Position numbers and translations under genes: made by a program. A stretch of DNA of 64,000 nucleotides, from positions 64,001 through 128,000 of the forward strand of contig JAZAMN010000008.1 of assembly GCA_036229005.1 (NCBI GenBank). Reading direction: 5' to 3'. Positions 26,186 through 38,401 of this stretch are shown here, in pieces; the first letter of the stretch is position 1; every line of letters begins with the position of its first letter. Under the pieces are notes generated by a model that saw only the letters and a program-made list of their open reading frames with translations, ran no database searches and had not been told where the DNA came from. The DNA is from Myxococcota bacterium. GTDB lineage: Bacteria > Myxococcota_A > UBA796 > CAJQPC01.

Positions 26186-27322
26186 ATGTTGCTGCTGCTG
26201 CTCGCCCTCGACGCGCTCCCCACCCAGTATGTCCACGGCGACGTGGTGCGGGTCCGCGACTTCCCCGCCGAGAGCGCCGGCATCACCGCCCGGCTGCGCA
26301 TCAACACCCCCGTCAGCGTGCTGAGTCGCCAGGGCGACTGGGCGCGTGTGCGCATGGACCAGGGGCTCTTCGTGGCGGACCCGGTCGTGGGCTACGTCCA
26401 CGGCTCTTTGCTGGGGGAGGCTCCCTTGGAGGCCCAGGAGCTCCGAGCCGCCGCCGAAGCCGGAGACCGCAGCGCCGCCACCCGCCTGGAGGCCCTGGAG
26501 CCCACCCGGCGCTCCAGCGTCGAGCTCGCCGTCTGCCAGCGCCTGGATCAAGGCCCCAACCGCGCGCTGCACCTGGGCCGCTGGACCCCCGGTGAGCCCC
26601 TCGGCGAACAGGACTGGCTCAGCGAGAGTCAGCGCACCCCGGGGCCGCTGGGCGCGCTGGGCTGGCAGCTCCTGGACGCCGTCGAGGGCCCCGCCGCGCC
26701 GATCTCCGGCACCCCCTTCCCGCGCCCCTACCTGAGCTACGTCTACAACGAGGGCCCGTCCACCGCCCTGCGGCCCAGCCCCCAAATCCCCGCGATCGGC
26801 GGTGACGAGAAGGACCTGGTCGTCCTGGGCCCCTGCCCTGGGGAGGAGGGGGACTGGCTGGTGAGCGGACCTCTGGAGCCCACCGCTCTGGTCCAGGACC
26901 CCGCCCGCACGGAGCGGATGCTGCACAACGCCAGCGAGGTCAGGCTGGGCGAGATCACCTGGGCCGGACACCTGGACGGCAGCGGCTCCCTGGTGGGCAC
27001 CGGCACGCCGGCCGGACTCCCCGGCGAGGTCCACCTGGTCCTGCGCACCCACGACGAGCCCGCCGAGTACGGCGACACCGTCCACAAGGTCCAGACCCTG
27101 GAGATCTTCATCGGCGGCGAGCCCGTGGCGCTCAGCGACTACCGCTGGGGCTTCGTGGAGAGCATGCGCTGGCTGCGGGACCCCCAGACCGGGACCTACC
27201 TGGGCCTGCTCCAGACCCACTGGACCAAGCACCCCTCCCGCGCCCAGGTGCTGGTCGAGGTGGACCCGGACAGCCGCCGCGTCACCCACCGGGTCGTCCA
27301 GACCTACGGCGTGGGCTGCTGA
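26186..27322 (+). CDS. exported protein with N-terminal SH3b-like domain
   Basis: VRVRDFP...LRINTPVSVLSRQGDWARV...GYVHGSLL. Confidence 0.65.
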   Translation: MLLLLLALDALPTQYVHGDVVRVRDFPAESAGITARLRINTPVSVLSRQGDWARVRMDQGLFVADPVVGYVHGSLLGEAPLEAQELRAAAEAGDRSAATRLEALEPTRRSSVELAVCQRLDQGPNRALHLGRWTPGEPLGEQDWLSESQRTPGPLGALGWQLLDAVEGPAAPISGTPFPRPYLSYVYNEGPSTALRPSPQIPAIGGDEKDLVVLGPCPGEEGDWLVSGPLEPTALVQDPARTERMLHNASEVRLGEITWAGHLDGSGSLVGTGTPAGLPGEVHLVLRTHDEPAEYGDTVHKVQTLEIFIGGEPVALSDYRWGFVESMRWLRDPQTGTYLGLLQTHWTKHPSRAQVLVEVDPDSRRVTHRVVQTYGVGC

Positions 27323-27328
27323 GAGCGC

Positions 27329-28357
27329 TCAGGTGTGGGGGACCTGACCGCGCAGGTGCTCGGTGGGCAGCCCCCACTGGCGGAGCTGCTCGATCAGGGC
27401 GTCCTGGCGGCGCTCCTCGTCCTCCCAGCGGGCCAGGGTCGCCTGCCGCTCGCGGCGCAGGCGCACCGCGCCGAGCAGCATCAGGGGCACCATCAGCGCG
27501 AAGAAGCTGCCCTCGGCCGCGAAGGCCGCCAGCCACAGCCCGCTGTCCTGGAAGCGCTCCAGCCAGCGCTCCTCCAGCTCCACCGCGCCCAGGCCGGTCG
27601 CGGCGCGCAGCGAGGCGTTCATGGTCTGCCCGCGGGCCATCTCGGCGACCAGGACCTGTAGCCCGGGCTCACCGTGCTCGGAGGCGATCCAGTTGATCAG
27701 GTCGGCGGACTGGGCGTAGGCCAGATCGGCGCGGCGCGGGTCCCGGGGGAAGCCGTAGGAGAGGTCCTCCAGGGACAGCAGCCCGCCGCCCACCATCCCG
27801 CGGGCGATGCGCTCGGGGAGTTGGGGGCTGATCTCCCCGGCGTAGTACTGGGCCAGCCCCTCCTGCAGCCAGGTGGGCACCCGCCGCTCGCCGAAGGCGC
27901 GGCCCAGCAGGACGTGGATCAGCTCATGGTCCAGCACCTGGGCCAGGGGCTCGGCGGTGCCGGCGCGGGCGCCGGGGGCGTGCAGGTAGATCAGGCTGCG
28001 GTGGGGCCACGCAGTGCCCTCGGCCCAGTCGTGGGTCTTTCCGGGCTGCAGGCTGTGGAACTCGCGGTCGTCGTGGGCCAGCACGATGTCCATGCTGCGG
28101 CCGGTGCCCACGCCCAGACGCTGCGCGAGGGTGGGGATCCGGGTCTCGGTCAGGGCCAGGACCTGGTCGGCGGCCGCCCGGTCGCTGTTGCGCGCATAGA
28201 CCGTCGCGTAGGTGCCCACGAAGGCCCGGTATTCACCCGGGAGCGCCGGCATGGGCTCCAGCGCCACCGAGGTGTCCACGCTGGGCGCCGCCTCCCAGGA
28301 CTGGGCCTGAGCGGGGGAGAAGAGCAGGGAGAACCAGAACAGCAGGGCAGCGAGCAT
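27329..28357 (-). CDS. peptidase MA-like zinc metallopeptidase
   Basis: HELIH...WLQEGLAQY, AYAQS; C-terminal TM helix. Confidence 0.85.
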   Translation of the reverse strand: MLAALLFWFSLLFSPAQAQSWEAAPSVDTSVALEPMPALPGEYRAFVGTYATVYARNSDRAAADQVLALTETRIPTLAQRLGVGTGRSMDIVLAHDDREFHSLQPGKTHDWAEGTAWPHRSLIYLHAPGARAGTAEPLAQVLDHELIHVLLGRAFGERRVPTWLQEGLAQYYAGEISPQLPERIARGMVGGGLLSLEDLSYGFPRDPRRADLAYAQSADLINWIASEHGEPGLQVLVAEMARGQTMNASLRAATGLGAVELEERWLERFQDSGLWLAAFAAEGSFFALMVPLMLLGAVRLRRERQATLARWEDEERRQDALIEQLRQWGLPTEHLRGQVPHT

Positions 28358-28483
28358 GGGGGGACTCTGTGCGCGGGGGCGTGCTGCGACAAGGCGCACG
28401 CCCCAGGAACGCAGTGTTGCACCGGCTGGGACTTGTCGCCAGATCCACCGGGTCAGCGCCCAGGATCGCGGACCGACCCGCCT

Positions 28484-29614
<1,131 letters not shown>

Positions 29615-29690
29615 TCGGGTCTCCGGAAGGCGGGGGCGGGCTGGGAACTTGTGGCCTCTCTGTGCCACGTCGCGTTCTATGATGCAGGGC

Positions 29691-30695
29691 ATGTTCACCC
29701 TCCGCACCGAGCGCCTGGATCTGCACCCTCTGTCCATGCAGGACGCCGATCTGCTGCGGGCGCACTGGGACGATCCGGCCGTGCGCCGCTGGATGTGGGA
29801 CGGCGAGTCCCCCAGCGCCGAGCAGGTCGAGGAGATCATCACGGCCTCGGCCGAGCGCTTCGCGGAGGGCGGGGTGGGGCTGTGGTCTCTGCGCTCCGAG
29901 GGGTGGCTGATCGGGGTCGCGGGGCTGCAGCCAGTGACGGGTCATCCCGAGCACACCGAGCTGCTCACCTCCATACAGCCCGCCTGGTGGGGACAGGGGC
30001 TGGCCACCGAGGCCGCCGTCGAGGTGCTGCGATCCGGCTTCGCGTCCGGCATCGAGCACGTGGTGGTGGGCGAGACCGACAAGCTCCACACGCGCGGCCG
30101 CTCCTTCGTGGTGGGCCTGGGCTTCTCGGGGGTGCTGGAGCTGACGCAGCCCCTGGGCCAGGTGCGCTACTGGGGCCTGACGCCGGAGCGCTTCGCGCAC
30201 TTCCACCCGCTGCGCTGGCACTGGAAGAGCTTCGGCGCGCTGGACACCCGGGCGCTCTACGACCTGCTGGCCCTGCGCCAGGAGGTGTTCGTGGTCGAGC
30301 AGGAGTGCGCCTACCTGGACGCCGACGGCAAGGACCCCCAGGCCATGCACCTGCTGGGCTACGACGGTGACCGGCTCGCCGTCTATCTGCGGGCCTTCGC
30401 GCCCGGGGTGCTGCGGCGCGAGGCCGTGATCGGCCGGGTGGTCACCGCCCAGGACAGCCGGGGGGTGGGTTGGGGTCGGCGCCTGATGGAGGAGGGCATC
30501 CGCCGGGTCTGGCGACACTGGGGCCAGGGGCCCATCTTCCTGTCGGCGCAGTCGCACCTGGAGGACTGGTACCGGGCGCTGGGCTTCGAGATCTGCGGGC
30601 CGGGCTACCTGGAGGACGGCATCCCCCACCTGCCCATGTGCAACTCGGGCGAGGTGAGCGAGGTGATCGCCGACCCGCCCTCCGATCTGGCGTAG
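29691..30695 (+). CDS. tandem GNAT fusion: RimJ/RimL-like + ElaA-like acetyltransferase
   Basis: LRTERLDL...WWGQGLATEA, then LYDLLALRQEVFVVEQECAYLDADGKD...SAQSHLEDWY..LGF...EDGIPH. Confidence 0.88.
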   Translation: MFTLRTERLDLHPLSMQDADLLRAHWDDPAVRRWMWDGESPSAEQVEEIITASAERFAEGGVGLWSLRSEGWLIGVAGLQPVTGHPEHTELLTSIQPAWWGQGLATEAAVEVLRSGFASGIEHVVVGETDKLHTRGRSFVVGLGFSGVLELTQPLGQVRYWGLTPERFAHFHPLRWHWKSFGALDTRALYDLLALRQEVFVVEQECAYLDADGKDPQAMHLLGYDGDRLAVYLRAFAPGVLRREAVIGRVVTAQDSRGVGWGRRLMEEGIRRVWRHWGQGPIFLSAQSHLEDWYRALGFEICGPGYLEDGIPHLPMCNSGEVSEVIADPPSDLA

Positions 30696-30873
30696 TTCTC
30701 CGAATCACAAGTTCCGACACCCTTCGAGTGTCGGAACTTGTGCTGCAGAGAACTATTGTCTTCTCCGGGGGACACCCCCGGAAATGCGCCTCACGGCGCA
30801 ACCCCCGCGGGCCCACTCGGGCCCGGGTTCTGCCGGAAGCTCTACAGGCTTGTCATTTCGGACCGGCAGAACC
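30693..30873. other. cluster of five back-to-back hairpins between convergent genes
   Basis: 15-bp perfect stem 30706-30742, plus stems at 30764-30782, 30785-30800, 30809-30824 and 30826-30873. Confidence 0.75.
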
Positions 30874-30877
30874 AGGT

Positions 30878-31672
30878 CTACTCCAGGCAGCTCTCGGGCA
30901 GCCCGTAGCCGGAGCCGCCGCCCGCCTGGAGCTGGATGTGCACCACCTGGTTGGGCTGGGCGTTGAAGCGGCTGCGGGCGATCAGGGTGTGGCCGCCGGC
31001 GCCGTCGCTTACCCAGGCCTCCAGGGTGTTGGAGCCCGCCCGGGCGTCGAGCACAAAGAACTCGCCGCTGCGGTCGGTGGCGCTGGTCGCGGAGCTCGGG
31101 AGCCCGTCGCTGTTGGGATAGTAGGTGCTGCCGCCCTCGATCAGGACGATCTCGGCGTTGCCGACGCCCATGCCGATGCAGTCGACCACGCTGCCGTAGA
31201 CGTGCGCGCCCCCGTCGCGGATGGGCTTGCCGACCGCGCCATAGGCCACGCTGTTGGCGCTCTCGGAGACGTACTCCAGGTCCAACTCGCCCAGCTCGGG
31301 CACGGCCTTGGGCCAGGCGTTCACCCACTCACCGACGCTCACCTGCACGGAGGTCGCGGTGCACGCAGGCAAGGTCGCCGAGGCGCTCCCGTCCTGCAGG
31401 GCGACGCTGCTGCCCTCGATGGTCAGGGTCTCGCCGGTCTCCCAGCCCTCCCGCCAGTCCAGGACGCGGATGTCGGTGGGGGTGCTGGTGGTGGTGACCG
31501 GGCAGGCCTCCAGCCAGTCCGACACGCAGTCCAGATCGCCGGCCGGGGCCTCTGCGACGCTGAGGTCCTCCGGGGCCGTCCCCTGGATGTCCACGCTCTC
31601 GCAGGTGGCGGCGGAGTCGCTGTCGGAGGAGCCGCCCTTGGTGCAGGCGGCCAGCAGGATCAGGGGGAGCAT
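30878..31672 (-). CDS. hypothetical lipoprotein (carboxypeptidase-regulatory-like C-terminal part)
   Basis: MLPLILLAAC; VYGSVVDC.G..V.NA; ATDRSGEF. Confidence 0.7.
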   Translation of the reverse strand: MLPLILLAACTKGGSSDSDSAATCESVDIQGTAPEDLSVAEAPAGDLDCVSDWLEACPVTTTSTPTDIRVLDWREGWETGETLTIEGSSVALQDGSASATLPACTATSVQVSVGEWVNAWPKAVPELGELDLEYVSESANSVAYGAVGKPIRDGGAHVYGSVVDCIGMGVGNAEIVLIEGGSTYYPNSDGLPSSATSATDRSGEFFVLDARAGSNTLEAWVSDGAGGHTLIARSRFNAQPNQVVHIQLQAGGGSGYGLPESCLE

Positions 31673-31950
31673 TGCTGAGACCAGTCCGGGTCGTCGGGGT
31701 AGAGCACCGGGCTGTCGGGCAGGCGGCAGGCGTCGGTGTAGTCGTTGACCCACTGGCGGGCCTCCGACCGGGTGATGGGGCTGTCCTCGTCCCGGCACTG
31801 GGCCCAGGCGTCGGTGCTGCTGTACCGGGCCTCCCACTCCTCCATGCAGGTGGGGACATCCCCGTCCTGGGTGCAGGTGCAGTGGGCTTCGGAGAGGTCC
31901 GCCCAGTAGTCTTCGACGGTGTAGGTGCAGGCGAGGAGGAGCAGTATCAT
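31660..31950 (-). CDS. small Cys-rich lipoprotein
   Basis: MILLLLAC start, in-frame TAG 4 codons upstream, several Cys. Confidence 0.65.
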   Translation of the reverse strand: MILLLLACTYTVEDYWADLSEAHCTCTQDGDVPTCMEEWEARYSSTDAWAQCRDEDSPITRSEARQWVNDYTDACRLPDSPVLYPDDPDWSQQCSP

Positions 31951-33062
31951 GGCCCCACGCTATCCCCACCGCCTGGGCCTTGCCACGGCCCACACAGCAG
32001 GTCGGGGGGGAGGACCGCAAGCGAGGACAGGCCGGAGAGCGCCATGGCCTCGTCCAGCTCGTTGCGCAGCAGGCTGAGCACGTAGCCCACGCCAGCCGCA
32101 CCGGCCCAGGCCAGGCCCCAGAGCACGGGGCGCCCGATCCAGACGGCCTCGGCGCCCAGGGCCAGGGCCTTGAGCACGTCGCTGCCGCGCCGGATCCCGC
32201 CGTCCACGTGCAGGGTGAGGCTGTCGCCCACGGCCTGCTTGATCTCGTCCAGGGCCTGGGCGGTGGAGATGGCCCCGTCAAGCTGGCGGCCGCCGTGGTT
32301 GGACACGACGACCCCCGCCACGCCGGCATCTCTGGCGATGCGCGCGTCCTGGGCGTGGAGAACGCCCTTGATCAGGATGGGCAGGTCGGTGACCGTCCGC
32401 AGCCACTCCAGGTCCTGCCAGCCCAGGTTGGGCTCCAGCAGGCTGCCAAAGTAGGCGCCCAGGCCGGACTCGGCGGCCACCGGTGGCAGGGCCTCGCCCG
32501 GGGTGCCCGTCAGGTTCGCGCAATGCAGGTGATCGGGCAGGTGGAATCCCCGGCGGATGTCGCCCTCCCTGGTGCCCAGGATGGGGGCGTCCACGGTGAG
32601 CACCAGCGCGCTGCACCCCGCCGCCTGGGCGCGCTGGACCAGGGCCGCGGTCGCGCCCCGGTCCTTGTAGACGTAGAGCTGGAACCAGGTGGGCTGCTGG
32701 CTCGCAGCGGCCACCTGCTCGACGGGCTGGTTGGAGAGGGTCGAGAGCACCATGGGCACCCCCGCCATCCCGCTGGCGCGGGCCGTGGCCAGCTCGCCGT
32801 CGGCGTGGGCCATCCCCTGGAAGGCCATTGGGGCGACCACCAGCGGGCTGTCCTGCAGCCGCCCCAGCACCTTGCGGGCCACGCTGCGCTCCCCGACCTG
32901 CGCCAGCATGCGGGGGCGCATGCGGATGCGCTGCCAAGCCCGGGGGGCGTCGTCCAGGGTGATGTGGTCCCGCGCGCCGTCGGCGTAGTAACCCCAGGCC
33001 ATGGGGGAGAGCTGCTGCTGGGCCAGCGCGCGGAGGTCGTGGAGGTTCAGGGGGGTGTCCAT
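31947..33062 (-). CDS. FMN-dependent alpha-hydroxy-acid oxidase/dehydrogenase
   Basis: APMAFQ, WFQLY, LTVDAP, IKGV, SNHGGRQLD, DGGIRRGSDVLKALALGA. Confidence 0.95.
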   Translation of the reverse strand: MDTPLNLHDLRALAQQQLSPMAWGYYADGARDHITLDDAPRAWQRIRMRPRMLAQVGERSVARKVLGRLQDSPLVVAPMAFQGMAHADGELATARASGMAGVPMVLSTLSNQPVEQVAAASQQPTWFQLYVYKDRGATAALVQRAQAAGCSALVLTVDAPILGTREGDIRRGFHLPDHLHCANLTGTPGEALPPVAAESGLGAYFGSLLEPNLGWQDLEWLRTVTDLPILIKGVLHAQDARIARDAGVAGVVVSNHGGRQLDGAISTAQALDEIKQAVGDSLTLHVDGGIRRGSDVLKALALGAEAVWIGRPVLWGLAWAGAAGVGYVLSLLRNELDEAMALSGLSSLAVLPPDLLCGPWQGPGGGDSVGP

Positions 33063-33285
33063 CGGAGATCTATAGCGTTGTCCGGGGACTCTCGGGGGGC
33101 CGGGATTGGGTGTGTTGGAATGTGCTCAGGTGTATGGCTGGATGCACAGAGTTCTCAAAAGCTGATGGATGGCGGTTGCTTAGGGGTGTTGTACGGACTT
33201 TTCAGGGACCCTTTTGTACAGTACATGTGTGAGCTGTCTACCGAAGGTGTCATCCCAAGTGTCCGAAAACACGTTGGCTATAGAG

Positions 33286-33302
33286 TTGGCACGGGTCCTG
33301 CA
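33286..33302 (+). promoter_or_regulatory. sigma-54 (-24/-12) promoter
   Basis: TTGGCACGGGTCCTGCA: GG at 33288-89 and GC at 33300-01 with the canonical 10-nt gap (consensus TGGCACG-N4-TTGC); predicted start about 33313. Confidence 0.75.
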
Positions 33303-33312
33303 AACTACCCCT

Positions 33313-34925
33313 ATGACACCCGGCACAGTCCGGAGGTCAACCGAGAAAGACGCTCGGCACGTTCTTTGACGTTGACATCACTGATTGCAGATGGCCGCTG
33401 GGCCGGACTCCTGTCGGAGTCAGTCACTCGGGAGACCGGGAGACGGAAAGGAACCAGCGCCCTGGGATGCCTCTTCGGAGGGCCAGACCCAGGGGACCCA
33501 CCCAGCAAGACCAAGGCGACTTGGGCGAGCAGGGAGCGGGTCGGAGCACAGACGGAGCCTTCGGGCGACGAATGAGCCCCAGCCGGAGCGCACCGAGGTC
33601 CGCCTCGATGCCGCGAAAGGCGCGCTGCAGTCGGAAACAGAAGCCCATGGAAGAATCGAGCGGGCGCCCATCGGAAACGGTGGACGAACGCAACGGACTC
33701 TCTCAGCGGAGAAAAGCCTTGGAGTCGCGAGCAGGACAGCCCTCCGGCGGTCCAGCAGAAGCGCAGCCCTTCGGGGAGGCGCGGCAAGTCAGCCCACGTA
33801 CCTATGCGGAGGAACTGGCGAGAACGACAAGAAGGAAGCGCGGGTGCGGTGACGCATCAGCGGCTGCTGGAGAGGGAAAGTCTTTGAAGGGATCACGCTG
33901 TGGAAGCCAGCCGAAGGGGTCAAAGCGCGCAAGCGTCAAGACCAGGATGCTCTCAGAAGGAGCAGCCCAAGCGGAGGTGACGGGAACACAGCGAACCTCA
34001 TGACCGGTAGCAGGATGCAACAAGCCTGCAGCCCAGGTGCCCAGGCCGCCAGGGAGCTGAGAAAGCTCAAGGTGGCGCACGGCCGACCCGCTGGGGAAGG
34101 CACAAAGCATGGAAGAGCACGGCGAGCACAGCAATGTGCGCGGCGAGCGGTGACTGGAGACAGTCGCTGGGGTCAGGTAGGCGTCGAGGCCGACCAGACA
34201 CACGCCCAAGGCCATGTGGGAGCAAGCACCGCTCCGAGAAACCCGCTGGTGACAGCGAGGGTGGAACGGAGCTCGGGACACGACAAGGAAAGCCCCGGAG
34301 AGGGCGCTCAGAGCGGCGTTGGTGACAGCGCAGGCGGGGCGACCAGTAGGGACTGGAGCGGCGTGTCCGACGGAGATGTCGGTGGAGAGGCGGAAAAACC
34401 CTCGGGAGAAGGAGACGGCGAGCGGAAGCGACAGACCAAGCTCACAGGCAGGTCAGCAAACAGCACCTTGGTGTTGAGAGCGGGCAGGCTGCCGACTCAG
34501 GACGATTGGAAGAGTCTGAAAAGGCAGGCGCAGAAGGACAGAAGGACGCAGCAGACCAGAGGTTTCGGCCACTGGAACGCAGAGCGGACTGCGAGAGAAA
34601 CCTTGAAGGTCCCACCGATCCAGCATGTTGAACAGACATGGCGGTGAAGGCCAGGAAGGGACGCGGGAAAGAGCAACGACCCGCATCGCGGCCCAGGAAG
34701 GTCAACAGCAATGTTGAACGGCGACCTTGAGGTTCAGGCGAACCCCATATCAGGCGTACCGGCGCGCAAGCACCGGAGAGAGCCAAACGGTCCCGCATTC
34801 TCTGAAAGGAACCCTCCTTGGGCCGGGTGTCACCCTCCACCCCACTGGGACGGAGGGAGAAGGCAGACCTTGCCTTCAACAACAAAGCCCCGAACCACCT
34901 TGGTGGTTCGGGGCTTTGTTGCGTT
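33313..34925 (+). ncRNA. candidate giant (~1.6 kb) structured non-coding RNA of unassigned class
   Basis: No ORF with the genome's codon bias; A/purine-rich + strand; at least 11 GNRA/UUCG-capped hairpins with G-U pairs; bounded by a sigma-54 promoter and a terminator. Confidence 0.7.
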
Positions 34926-34926
34926 T
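34880..34926. terminator. strong, probably bidirectional intrinsic terminator
   Basis: CAACAAAGCCCCGAACCAC-CTTG-GTGGTTCGGGGCTTTGTTG perfect stem with T-rich tails on both strands; lies between the ncRNA candidate and convergent uvrB. Confidence 0.88.
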
Positions 34927-34976
34927 GGGACTCAGGATCAAGGATCCAGAGCGCTCCTTGAGTCCTTCCCCGCGAC

Positions 34977-36992
<2,016 letters not shown>

Positions 36993-37105
36993 CGCCAGCC
37001 CCTAACAGATGTTCAGTGCGCGGGCATCCAGGCGGATGTGGGACGGCGGAAGGGTCCCATCGCCGGGCTCGGACCATAGGCTGCGGCCCACCCCCGGGAG
37101 GCTCC

Positions 37106-38401
37106 ATGCTCGCTGTGATCGCCCTGTTGATGACCCCCCTCGCCTCCGCGGACTGGCGCGACACCAACGTCGGAGACTGGGGCGCCAGCGACTGGAGAGA
37201 GGCCGGCGCGGAGTGGCCGCAGGAGGTCGACGCGTCCTGGGAGGCGCTGCAGGTCCTCGCTGAGCGACTGGAGGGGCTCAAGGAGGACACCGGGGCTCCG
37301 GGGTGGGCCGAGCAGGCCCAGGCGCTGCGGGCAGACCTCGAAGCCCACGCGCAGGCGCGCTTCCACTGGGGCTACAACACGCAGGTCATCGGAGAGGACC
37401 GGGGCGCAGAGCACCTGGACGCCGAGACCCACGCCCGCGTGCAGCAGGCGCAGGCCAGGCAGGCCGAGCTGGAGGCGCTCTTCTACACCCTGGACACAAC
37501 GCTCCATGCGCTCTGGCTCCAGCACCTGGTCGACAGCGAGGCGTCCGACCGCTCCGAGCGGGTGATGGCGGCCGGCGACCTGCTCGGGGCCATCGGCTCC
37601 TTCGACCGACAGCCCGGCTACCCCTTCGACGAGCAGGCCGTGCTCCTGGGCCTCCAGCACAACGAGGGGAACGCTGCCTACGCGGCCACCGCCGAGCTCT
37701 GCCTGGAGCTCTGCACCGACCCGCAGGCGCTGGAGCTCTCCCAGCAGCTCCTGGAGATCGCCGCCGACCCCCTCCAGAACGGCGGCATGGTCGTCTACAC
37801 GGGCGACGAGGCGCACGAGATGCAAGGCATCAACGACGACCCCGAGCGCGGTCCCCTGGTGCGTTACAGCGGAGACATCTCCCTGCGCCGCCTGCCCAGC
37901 GCCCCCGCCAACCAGCTCCAGACCCGGGTGGATCTGCGCCTGGGCCGCAAGCGCGTGGGCGTGTTCGTGGGCGGGCGCTACCAGAAGGGTCTCCAGGAGG
38001 CCAGCAGCGGCTTCGCGGCGCAGGGCGGGCTCAGCCTGGACGTGGTCGCCCACCAACGCCTCCAGCTCTGGGCCAACGTGGGCTTGAGCTACGACGGCTT
38101 CGGGGCCACCGACGCGCCCGAGTACCACCAGGTGCGCGATCTGGGCCTGGTCGCCCCCGTGACGCTGGCCCTCCCGCTCGGCGACAAGCTCACTCTGTCC
38201 TGGTCCGCCGAGCCCCGCTGGACCCGCTCCCCCGACCGCGTCAACGACCAGCTCAGCGGCCTGGACGAGCTCCGGACCGGGCCCCGCCTGCAACTCGACG
38301 CCTTCGGGGACCTGGGCCTGGTGATCGCCGGGGAGCGCATGTGGGTCCCCACGGGCACCGTCAACGCCGTCAGCGTCGGGCTCTGCAGCGTCTCTCGCTG
38401 A
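37106..38401 (+). CDS. exported protein, helical N-domain plus probable beta-barrel C-domain
   Basis: GGAGG RBS; signal peptide MLAVIALLMTPLASA; amphipathic strands in the C-terminal third. Confidence 0.65.
   Translation: MLAVIALLMTPLASADWRDTNVGDWGASDWREAGAEWPQEVDASWEALQVLAERLEGLKEDTGAPGWAEQAQALRADLEAHAQARFHWGYNTQVIGEDRGAEHLDAETHARVQQAQARQAELEALFYTLDTTLHALWLQHLVDSEASDRSERVMAAGDLLGAIGSFDRQPGYPFDEQAVLLGLQHNEGNAAYAATAELCLELCTDPQALELSQQLLEIAADPLQNGGMVVYTGDEAHEMQGINDDPERGPLVRYSGDISLRRLPSAPANQLQTRVDLRLGRKRVGVFVGGRYQKGLQEASSGFAAQGGLSLDVVAHQRLQLWANVGLSYDGFGATDAPEYHQVRDLGLVAPVTLALPLGDKLTLSWSAEPRWTRSPDRVNDQLSGLDELRTGPRLQLDAFGDLGLVIAGERMWVPTGTVNAVSVGLCSVSR

Noticed and set aside
33313..34925. 16S rRNA, RNase P RNA, tmRNA or group II intron
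   Set aside because: No universal 16S motifs. GAGGGAAAGTC resembles the RNase P GAGGAAAGUCC but the matching 3' P4 strand is absent. No tRNA-like ends. No GUGYG start or domain V recognised.
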